Below are positions 51,880 to 64,000 of a stretch of DNA of 64,000 nucleotides, piece by piece. Source of the DNA: Chrysomallon squamiferum (lineage: Eukaryota; Animalia; Mollusca). The stretch is from the NCBI GenBank assembly GCA_012295275.1, contig CM022665.1, forward strand, positions 26,040,001 to 26,104,000. Direction: 5' to 3'. The first letter of the stretch is position 1, and each line of letters starts with the position of its first letter. Below the pieces are notes generated by a model. That model saw only the letters and a program-made list of their open reading frames with translations, ran no database searches and was not told the DNA's origin. The position numbers and the translations under genes were made by a program.

Positions 51880-53509
51880 ATTATTATTTTATTTTATTTA
51901 TTTGTAGGTGGTTGTTTGTTTGTTTCCTTATTGTTTTTGGGGTTGTTTTTTTTTGGTTTCATTCATTTAACATATTTTTTCTTTTATTTAAATCTTTATA
52001 ATATTTGTGTATTTACATTGGCCTAAATGAACTCCTACCTTCAGTAATTCGATTCTTTTCATGTTCAGAAAGGCAATATCCTATCTTAATTAAATATGTA
52101 CCTCTCTTGCGTGTACCTTATTCTCTTTGCTAACCATGGTGTATAAAAACAAACACATTCAAAAATTAAAAACAACCCGAATCAAATATAGCTCAGTATA
52201 GCTATTGTCAATCGCTATATTGACATTCCATCGGAACTTTATAACAAATACCCAATCTTTATTGAAATAATTCCGAAGCCATGGCCACGCAACACTAAGA
52301 AATACTTTATTACTTCACGAATGCGATGTTTATTGAAGGGAGCGGAAACTCTCCTGTAGGAATGTGCATAAGAGGCGGAATATATCGGCGCCGATCGATG
52401 TTAGCCGAATGCGTTGATTAGTACTGGTGAGGACTGTAATACGAACTGCAGTAAGAGACGCCAGGTCTCTGTTTGTTTGTCTGAAATATTATATCCTTTA
52501 CTAATATGTCTGATCAATACGCTCATCGATTGGTTTATCAGAACGGAAGTCGGAGACAAAGAGGCATCGTTCCTTTCCGTGTACGATTTTCTTGGCGACG
52601 GTCATGCGTCAAAGGTAATCGTCGACTCGTTCTTCCCACCGCTCGTTCGTGATCGTGTTTTGTCGTCTGTTTGGCGGACAAAGAGTCTATTAGCAATGAC
52701 ATCATCGCCTGTACAACTAATGGAATCGCATGCTTTGAGATATTCTTTTGTTAGCATATTTCTTTCTTTTCTTTTCTATTTTTTTTTTTTTCTGTTTTTT
52801 TTCTTTTTGTTTTCTGTTGTTGTTTTTTTCTTTATTTATTTAGAATTATTTATTTATTTATTTATTATTATTACGTATTAGTTGTTTGCGTAATTATTTT
52901 AATTTTAAAATAATATATTTGTAACAGTAGTTCTATGGTAACAGATGTACGTAGCTTTACAATAAATGATATATATTATTTTTACATGTCATTGCAATAA
53001 ATAACAATAAACGAAACCTTATAATTAGGCTTACGTAATATTTATATTTATATCGGATATAACTATTTATTTCTATTTATTACTGCTGCCTTTATATTAT
53101 TCTGCTATTGGTGTAGATGTTGTTGTTATCATCGTCATCGACAGCATCATATTCCATACCACCACGATCATTATCATTATCTTCATCATATTGTTTTCTT
53201 TTATTCCTGTTTCTCTGTTTTTCTAAAATAATAAAGACGTTAGCGATTAGTTTGGTGTCAGAATTATATTTAGGACTGCGAGTGATTCAAATAAGAAAAA
53301 GGATAGACTGAAATGGTATAGAAAATGTGCATGTTGTCAGGAAAAGCTAAAGTGAGGCATATCTGTAATGACACACAATACTGGACACTTTCTTGATTTG
53401 AAAAACAGTCAAGTTACCTGTTAGAAAATTAGTTGCTGAGAAGTTACGCTATGAAGTTACGCCTTATCAAGCAGCTCGTACAAAACCCCAGTCTCACTGT
53501 ATTAATATT

Positions 53510-53885
53510 AAAACTACAATTCATGAAACTATCAGTAATTGTCAGTAACAAAACAGACAATGGTGAAACTATCAGTCATAAAACAATGAGTTACAAAAAA
53601 AGTATCAGTCACGAAACTCAGTTATGAAACTACTGGTAATTAAACAATCACTCATTACACTACCGATTATGAAACTATCATGAAAATCAGTTATGAAACT
53701 ACCAGTCGTGAAACTATCGTGAAACTATCATGAAACTACAAGTCATGAAACTGCCATTAATGAGTCAACCAGTCGTGAAATGACCAGTCATAAAACTATC
53801 AGTTACAAAACTGTGAGTGATGAAACTACCTGCCATGAAACTATCACTCATAAAACTATCACTCATAAAACTATCAGTTACTATA
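53510..53885. repeat. Degenerate minisatellite, ~16-bp unit (TCATGAAACTATCAG)
   Basis: About 20 imperfect copies of the ATGAAACTATCAGTC motif. Confidence 0.8.
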
Positions 53886-54061
53886 TTTTAAGCCTGAAAT
53901 ATATTAATTTGTTGTTTAGTCAGTGTTTTTAATTTTTTAATTTAATTTTTATTTTTTTATATCTGAAATTTATGTCATTAGTGACAAGTATGAAATCAAT
54001 AAATTTGCTATTGTTATATATATATTTATTATTTATCATTGATATTATTATTATTATTATA

Positions 54062-54106
<45 letters not shown>

Positions 54107-54837
54107 GTTATTTGTTGTTGTTGTTGTTGTTGTTGCCGTTAAAAACATGTTATGTGGACAAATTAGCCATCATCAAACGAACATGATTTTACTTGTTTGG
54201 ATATCGTTTATATGTATAAACGTTTATCTCATTTCGTACACATTATGCCATCATCTGTACACGACTATCATAATTATAAGCAACATGCATGCTTTTATAA
54301 AGCTCTGTGACTTTTTTTTTAACGATCCAAATCAGATAACAGAGAAGGCAAATAATATCGGGCTGTCTCCGAGACCATCATGAATACTTTCACTCATGGG
54401 CAAGGTTTGCAGTAAAATTAGCGGATATCTCTATTTTAGGTGCTTGTCAGCGAATAAACATATGCTCTTGCAAAGTGCATTAATTAGAAACGGCAGGCGC
54501 AAAATGTGAAATGGCAAGAACGGGCTTTATATACACAAAGCCGTGATTTCTGTTTGCAGAGCTTTGAACGTTGTTTGCCAAGTACTGAATGCGTTTGAAA
54601 ATTATAAGCCGTCTTCTCGCTTCATATCTAATTCAGACTGAAAAAAAAAAAAAAAAAAAGTGCTGCTGTCTTTTATTTTCCGATATTACAGTGAACGTGG
54701 ATGAAATGAAAGGTGATAATTAGTAATTAATTTTTTTTTTTTTTCTTACAAACAGAATTTTTGTATTAAATCTCTTATCAACATTTTTATATTAAATCTA
54801 GGTTGTGTTCATGTTATTATGAATAATAATGATGATG

Positions 54838-54909
<72 letters not shown>

Positions 54910-56242
54910 GTTGTAGTAGTAATAGTAGTAGTAGTATCGGTAACAATAATCGTAATAATATATTAGTTAAATTTAAAACACAGGTTATTTTTAGCAGATA
55001 AAACTATTCTTTAATACCAAAGAATTACATAAACACAAGTGCATGGATTTCTCCGTACAAAATAGAGACCAAAGGCTGTCTGTTTCCCGAGTGTCCCAAA
55101 CAAAGAATACAAAGAAGCAATTTAATTACAAAAATCTAAAAGTTTAATATTCTACATAAACAATAATGCAACAGAAATTTATTTTGGAAGTTTTATTTAT
55201 TTTAGTCGATATCAAATGAAGATTCTAAAAATATCATTAGAAATATGTTGGGGTTTTGGGGTTTTTTTTTTTTTTTTTTTTTTTTTTTTGTGACATTTGC
55301 GTTTGATTAAAAGAACAAAAACTAGAAGGCCAGCTGTCTGTAACTCCACGCATAAGAATCCACTCAGTCCTGACGAACATCGACGAAATTCAAATATTTT
55401 CAACACGACAAAAGGCTGTACCGTTGTTGTGCGTCGCTGCCCTTTAAATAGCTTCACCCTCCGTTATATAGCGATCTTCATTTTAAATCTCCGTTCAAAC
55501 TCGTCCTTTGTTCGGACGGTATTGATCCGCAGTCCGACTTTTAGCAGGACCCTATTGTTGCTCAAGGGGTGTCGCGTGCTGTCGCGTGCCAAAAGCGAGC
55601 AGTTCAACGCTCCAACGATCAGACGATGACAGTCAGACAGAAACATCTGCCTCGTAAAAAAGAGAAGAAAAAAATAAAAAAAAATAAAATAGCTCTCTTA
55701 TACTGTACAATGCGTTTTCGCTTATAGTTTTATACAGAGATAAAATAACAAAGCATTAAAGAAAATTGCTTGGCTGTATTTTAAATTAAGTAAAACGTAA
55801 AATGCGGTTTTAAGAAACCAAAATCGATGGTTTCCGAAATATCTGTAGGGAAAAGCAGTTGAATTCAAATTATTAAAAAGCGTTTATATTATTTTTCTGG
55901 GTTACATTTAACGTAAATTGGAAATTTTAAAAATAATTTTACAAATATTTCACTTTGATGTCAGTTATTTTTATTGTAATTATATATATATATATATTTT
56001 TTTTTACATTATTTAGTTTATCGATATAGGCTTTTATTGTACAACGTCTTATAAATTACAACGTTCAAATATATAGCCAAGAAAGTTCATTTTAAAAGTA
56101 ACAGACAAGTGTGCTTCTTTGTGTGTGCGTGTGTCCGGTGAAAGGGGGTTTTGATATATGGGTGACTGGGTATGTTATAAAGAAAGGAAAAAAAAGTATT
56201 ATTTTTAAAATATTCCCTCAACCGAAAAAAAAAAAAAAAAAA

Positions 56243-56323
<81 letters not shown>

Positions 56324-56393
56324 CATAATGATAATAATAAACCGTGATAAATGACAAAGTCTGTATTAACTGATAGCCTTATAACAACAACCC

Positions 56394-56426
<33 letters not shown>

Positions 56427-57049
56427 ATAATAATAATAATAGTAATAATAATAATAATAATAGTAGTAGTAGTAATAATAATTATAATAATAACAGTAAC
56501 AACAACAATAATAATGAATGTATAAATAAATAAATATTATCATACTTCTATAGTAATTACTATATCATTACTACTACTATTAGTACTGCTTTTATCATTA
56601 TCACTACTATTAGCCCTATTACTGTACTGTTACTATTATTATTGTTATTATTGTTTTTATTAAAATTATTGTTATTATTATTTCATCATCATTATTATCA
56701 TTATCAGTATCTAACCACCAAGTTTTTTTATTTGTTATCTATATTATTTAAACGCTGCATAAATAACTTTTGACATAACCGTGTAACTACAATCAAAAAC
56801 TCTGCAACTTTTAGCAGACAACTACCGTATTGCTTCATTCTTGCACAGTCGGTTACAAGTCACTCATAAAATAATTTTCGTTCTAGACGTGACACTTCTG
56901 AAACATGGAACGAGTTATAAAACCGAATTATCTCATAAATTATACAGTCAGTTACTGATATTTGCAACATTTGCCCCTGTCACTCGTCACCTTCATAGCG
57001 TGCAACTGGTTACTGTCGAATGACAGGTATTTTACATAATTTCATTCAA

Positions 57050-57415
<366 letters not shown>

Positions 57416-59157
57416 AAAACAAAAATGAGTTTTATTAAAGATATTATATTACAGTTAATTGTCACAAATATTTAATTACAAAATTAGGATAATAACAGTC
57501 ACTTCATTTAATACAGTGCAAATAATACTTTGTGATAAATCCGTTATATTTTTTAATTGTGGTTTAAATGGTTGAAATTGAAATGAAACCAAGGTTGGTA
57601 TTAATAAATATGAAGCAAAATAGTATTTTAGTTTATTTTTATTTCTGAATTCTATTTTTTATTTTTTTATTTCTTTATTTTTATTTTTTTTTTTTTTTTG
57701 CAGGTTTTACGGAGTGTTTTTTAAAAATAAAAATAAACTAAAACTAAATATATATTTTTATTTATTTATTTAATTTTATTTTAATACTTTTGATAAACTA
57801 AAGATGGTGTTTAAAACCGGCATTAAATTAAATGTATTATCATACAGAGTTAGAAAAAATACTCTATGATTATACAAAAATAAAAATGTACATTGTACAT
57901 ATACATACACACACTAATACCAGTGTAAATAATAGTAATGATAACATTAAATACTTTACATATCGTTGAAACTAGACAATGCACTAATTGAGACTTGTTT
58001 ACGTCGTTTCATAAAGCAATAATACTTGAGCAATAGTCAATAACGCTTTCAACACGGTTTGTTTCATTCCTTTGCTGTCTGACTCTGTTCAATATCTCCC
58101 GTTTGCATTCTGATCAGATTAATAAAGAGTTGTTAACAAGTAATTAAGCCATGTACATTTTCTCGTGGGAACCTCCGCCGGAATATTGATAGTCAATATT
58201 AACACCAGGGCCAAACAGGAGGTTGTCATAACTTTATAGAAGTGAAAGCATATAAAAAAAATAATATTTTTTTTTTTTTTTTTAAATGAGAGAGAATTCT
58301 TTTTCAACTTGGTAACATTCTCTATTCATTTTAAATGAGAAACAGAAAGAAAGAAGAAAAAAAATGCAGAATCTTTGTTGCAATTCCACCCAAGCGTATA
58401 ATTGTATTTCTTTTACTTGTATCAAGACAGTTTTTTTTTATCTAAGCGACAAAAGCGCTGGCCGCAGACAGGGATCGCTGCGTTGACCACGATTGAAAAG
58501 AGATTTCCTAAAAAGACATTACTGCCAACTGAAACCGCATTACCATTTGCTAATTTGGCATCAATTATAGCAAGCTGACCGAGAGAAGGGAAAAACGAGA
58601 CGATCTTTTTCTGTCTTGTTCATAACTGGAATAGGAAGCGACTCGACGATCGTTTATCCCCAGCCACGAAGGCACAATCACTCGTCTGACATGATCGCTT
58701 GACACTAATATTTGCTGTTTCAATCTGAAAAGCTTTTTTGTTCGAATCCGAGATGCCCGCATGCAACGCCTTGCTTTACGTTAATTGCGCGATATAACCA
58801 TTTATCAGACAGAACCGGAAATTACAGCACTCTTTAATAACGCCAGCGATACGGCGTGCATTATGGGATCGATGTACTGCAGACGAGAGTAGGCGACGTC
58901 AGACATCAGATAAAGCTATTTTATTCTTCTAATCAATAAAACAGTCATCACGAATATTATCACATTCCCAGTCTCCCGTGTTATTAATATGTGAAAACAA
59001 AGCGCAGGTGACGAAGATGGGTGGGTAGGTGGGCTGTTAGCGAGAAGCCTAAATATCACACTGAACGAAATAATACATGTTAAAGAGATCCATACGGATA
59101 TAATTCGAGGAAGAGAATTAATTAAAATAGATGACCGAGGAAGGCTATTAAAATAAA

Positions 59158-59197
<40 letters not shown>

Positions 59198-59384
59198 GAC
59201 TCTGGTATAAAAATAAAAGTTTATTTCCTTGTGGAACGTAAATAAATTGATGTTATTTTAACCGTATTTCACCAGTACCTTTTAAGAAAAGCGAAACTAG
59301 AATGTTTGCTTTAGATTGTTGACAATAAATATATTAAAATATTCAAGCAGGCAGTGATGCACATATATACATATTACGGTATGT

Positions 59385-59645
59385 CACTATAAAACCAATA
59401 CGTTATGATATACATATTTTAGTATAAAACCGGTACATATTAAAGTATTAAAAAATCACATACGGAAATGCGTATTACAGTATAAAACCAATACGCAATT
59501 CCTTACGTATTTCACCATAAAATCAGTATATAATTTACTATATATTTCAGTATACAAACATTACTTATTAAAGTATAAAACCAATATGTACTAAAAATAC
59601 ATATTTCTGTATAAAACAATACGTATTAACAGTATAAACTAATAG
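59385..59645. repeat. Degenerate AT-rich tandem repeat (AGTATAAAACCAATACG motif)
   Basis: Motif recurs about eight times at irregular spacing. Confidence 0.6.
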
Positions 59646-62600
59646 AGCAATGATGTCTGTTAGGTGTAATTCTAAAATTATGTCTGCTGAAAGAGAGAGA
59701 GAGAGAGAGAGAGAGAGCATTTCAACACCTTCTTTTGCTAAGCGTTTTAAACCAAGTTCAGCCGAAATATAAATAATATTTTACAAAGAAATATGTGGCT
59801 GCCTGAAGGCCTGTTTGCTTAGTTAGTATGAGTCACTATAACTATTATATGTACGTCGTTGTTAATAACTCACTGCTGTGACGCAAAAACAAACATCCCA
59901 TCGCTTACCCTGGCAAGAACCATAAACCATGACATTGACTTTTACCTTTTATTTTAAAAAACAATTGTATAGAACATTAAATTCTTTCCAAAAAAAAAAA
60001 AAAATAAAAATCACTCACCCATCGATTTTATTTTATATTAAGGAAAAATGTTACAGCTTGGATTAAATACTTGTTTTATTATTTTACTAGGGGCTAATTC
60101 ATGCTAAAGAATGGTGGATTCTACCCAGTGCACTTGACATGAGGAAAAACTAGTTAGAATTGTTGATGGGACAACACTCTGCACCAGCTGTTACATTTAT
60201 AGCGAGTGTTGTACAGCCAGAAAGCCGAATTCATAATTCCTACTGGGTGTTTTCACACTTTTCCCGGATACACTGGGAGACAGATGGCGCTATGCCTCAG
60301 TACATACATTTTTTTTTCTATCTCTTAAAAGAAGAGCTTATTTGATTTCCATTGGGTTCTGCTTGTTACGGTCAATATTTTTAATATCGTGATTATGAAT
60401 AGAGTTTAATGTTAAAAATAATATTACATATTAAGATGTCTTTGTCTGAATATAAAAATTCAGAAAAATATGTATATAAAATGGGACAAAAAAAAAAAAT
60501 ATTATCGGACTGCGCAAGCATAATATAAAATATATCACTGATGCTGAATAACTCGTTATCATTTGTCACCTGATATCGCGTGAGGTTTTCAGATTTTGTC
60601 GGAGTAAGGTGAAACTGCGAAACTGAGAAAGACTGTCGATGAATCTGTTATACAGCATTGTGAAATGGTTTTCTGTTGAACTGGAAACTTCGAATACTGC
60701 AAATATTTGAACTAAGAAGATAGCAAACAATATTAAGATCAACATACCTGTGGGAAAAACACAGTTATAAAAAAAAAAAAAAAAACCCCGTAATACTCAG
60801 AAACGATATATTAAATTAAAAAAATTTATTTATATCAATAGCTTATTCATATTTCAATTGAACTTGCATATTGAACAAATCTAAATTTAACATTTTTTTT
60901 CAAGTTGAAACGAAAGCAATCCATGAGTCACTACAACTGCCACGTGGCCTTGTTCGAATATCTTCAAAGCTTTTCAAGTTGGAACCAAAGCCAGTAAGCA
61001 AACAATGGCATCTGTCCACGTATTCCATCGAAGTCACTTCTCTACTGAAGAAGTCTTCATAATGGAAAATATCACTCCAAATGCCGACATATGCCTGAAG
61101 TGTGCTTCGTTTCTACAGTAACCAATCATTTATCGGAAATAATAATGTCAAAACTAAATCAGTCCTCCAACTTCTAATTGAGATTCCTTGCCCCTTCAAA
61201 AAATGTTTCGCTACCAGATTGTGTTGCACGTGCAATGTGTCGTCAATTTTCATGGTTACAGGACCATCTAGTCGTCAACAAGGAGTTGACGTGGTCCCTC
61301 GTTTCCGCAGATCAACAAACCGGCCAATCAGATATTCTTTTTTTTTTAAAGTTTCTATCGTTAAAATTTATAAAACTGGAAGAAAAGAAAACAAAACAGC
61401 ATCTGGCTATTATTTTTTTTTTTAAATTGGACAGTCTGACCATTAATACAAAATTCAATGTCTGTTATTAAAGTTACAAAATCGTATGTTTTACATATTT
61501 GTAGTTCAGTACAAATTTTATTATGATTTTATATTAGGCGATAATTAAGCATATTTTAAAGTTTCCATAAAAGTATTAATATTATCAACTTTATTTGTTA
61601 ATAGAGTAAATAAGCCTTTGAACCTCCTTGCATTAAAGTTGCACTGCAAAGGTGCTCAGTGTATGATTTCAAGAGGACTGATAACGCGGCCATTATCTCC
61701 ACTGAATTAAATAAAATTCCTTGTCAGAGAGACGGAACAACCCAGATTTATCTATCAATTTATAAAACTGTAGACTTTGTTCGAAATTACAGACTGAAAC
61801 ATGCCCTGATTTTTATGTTCGCTTTTCAACAGTAATATCAGGATTTAAATAAAATAAAATAAAATTTGTATGAAATAATACCGATTATTCGATGATATGA
61901 AGTATTCAGTTCTTACAGAGACATATAAGTGTGCATGCATATTTGTGTAAGTGTATGTATGAATGTTTATATTTTGATATATGTTGTAGCATGTGTCTTA
62001 TCTATGCACATGTGTGTATGTCATGGTTATTATTTACTTTCGTATATCTCCGTCATATAAACTAATATATGTCAGTTTGTTGACTATCTTCTGTTAATCT
62101 CTGATACGTATAAAATGATTGCCTGAGGTCAGAACTATCAAATGAAGCAGTAATGGTTATCATTCCAGAAGTGTTTTTAAACGACATGTGTGTGTGTGTG
62201 TGTGTGTGTGTCTGTTTGTCTGTCTGTTTATGTATGTTCAAATAATAAAAAATTTTCGTTTGCTGAGTATTCAGTTTTTTAACTTTCTTTCACTCTATTT
62301 CTTATTCTCTCTCTCTTTCTCTTCTCTCTGACTCTCTCTCTATCTCTCTCTGTCTCTCTCTATCTCTTTCTCTTTGTCTCTATCTCTCTCTGTCTCTCTC
62401 TCTAAGACTGTCTCTTCTTTTAACATTTTTTCATTTTTATAAAATATAAGCATCATCTTTATTCTGTATGTATGTATGTATGTATGTATGTATGCATATA
62501 TATGAACATTTTGTGTCTTTCTCTCAGGATTCTTGACTATCACTAAGTCTTCGTCCAGTCTCAAAATGTTATATCATTTCTTTCTTCTACAAGCTCTCCA

Positions 62601-63675
62601 TGTCTCTGACAGCAAATAAGTTATCTTGTGAACGTCTACCTCCACTCCTAATCAGCTTCGAGTTACACGTGTGTGTCGTGTTTACATTCACCAGTTTGTT
62701 TCAGAATGTAATAATAACTGCCAACACGTTGTGGTAGGCAATATGAACTCGCCGATGTGTTTGATAATGGTGTCGTGATAGGGAACAATGGCGCATCTGC
62801 GACTCTCTCAAAATACCAGCGGATTCAACAGCGAGGTGTAAGCTACAGCTGTGTTTTCTGACAGGAGCTTACTTAAAGGTATAATCATTTGTTTTAATGA
62901 CGTCGGCGTTAGCTCGAGCTTGGATCTCTGAAAGTATGAGAGCCAAAAGCCATTGTTATGTATCTGCCGACTTGCTAATTCCATAGAATGTTTCCTTTCC
63001 CTTTGATTTGTCTATACATGACCTGTATTTTTATCAAGAAAAAATAACAAAGACTTATAATAACAGATTAGGACTTAATTAAAATATGTATTATTTTGGA
63101 AATGTGATCCTGTTTGGAGATATTTCAAACATAGCTTCATTATTTCGTATTTTTCGCTTCATTCTTTCAAAATCCAAATTAAGTTTTATTTAATTATAAA
63201 AATATATATTTTTATTGGAAATTGGAAATCTTGTTAACTTAAATTAAATATGGTCAACTGCAGTTAATACATTACTATGGTTGATGCTTTTCCATCTCTT
63301 GCAAAGTGCATAAAATATGATCACAGAAAAAGAAATATCCAATTTCATGGCTCTGGTAAATTTATTCTCTGATTGATGCTGCTGCTGTTGTTAATGTTGT
63401 TCATGTGGTTGTTGTTATAATAATAATAATAATTTTATAGTTGTAGTAGAAGCATTGATGTTAGTATTATTTATATTATTTGTTAGTGTTTTTTTTTTCT
63501 TTGTTTCTTTTTTTTTTTTTTTTTTTTTTTTTTTCTTTCATTTTTTCTGGGTTTTTGTTTTGTTTGTTTTTTTGTTTTTTTTCGGACTGATTAACAATTC
63601 ATGTTTAGAAAATATAAACCTCACCATATTAACTAATAAAGAATAAAATATTTAGCATTTTTGTTGTTGTTTGTG

Positions 63676-63706
<31 letters not shown>

Positions 63707-64000
63707 TTTTTTTTTTCCTTCCATCTTAACCGATTTTTTACTTTTAATTCCCGCTTTTATACGTGTGTGTGTGTGGAAAATAAACTACACGTTTAACTTC
63801 AGGATTTCTAATGATTGTTTTAAAAATACATTATTCTTTTAAGTTTAATTCCATATCTCTCTTATTTTCAAAAATTAGTATCTACTCTAACTTCCCGAAA
63901 TTGTTTATATACCGATAAAATAACTTAATAAAAGTAGAAAATAAATAAGCAACACACCGTTACATAAGCCAATCTTCTGCTCTGTTGCTTTTGAGAAAAA

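Overview
AT-rich, microsatellite-dense animal genomic DNA, most likely a mollusc (it carries cvSI/I84-type genes; gastropod is my best guess). Nearly all ORFs in the supplied track are simple-repeat artefacts. Supported content: (1) an intronless INSM1/nerfin-type SNAG zinc-finger gene on the minus strand (45689-47083), with six fingers, a TATA promoter, a ~1.4 kb 3'UTR rich in miRNA seed matches and GC-richer candidate enhancer islands around it; (2) a cluster of five small spliced genes at ~4.6-24.8 kb that the ORF track misses. They encode secreted Cys/His-rich peptides resembling oyster cvSI (MEROPS I84) protease inhibitors but with a 14-Cys framework. One paralog lacks the middle exon and would give a 35-aa, 6-Cys, 7-His peptide; one has an extra intron; two share a near-identical promoter/exon-1 tract; (3) a probable first coding exon of an unidentified minus-strand gene running off the left edge; (4) SINE and DNA-transposon remnants, minisatellites and a degenerate telomere-like tract. 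All gene models were spliced by hand from sequence, and family names come from motif recognition, not database searches.
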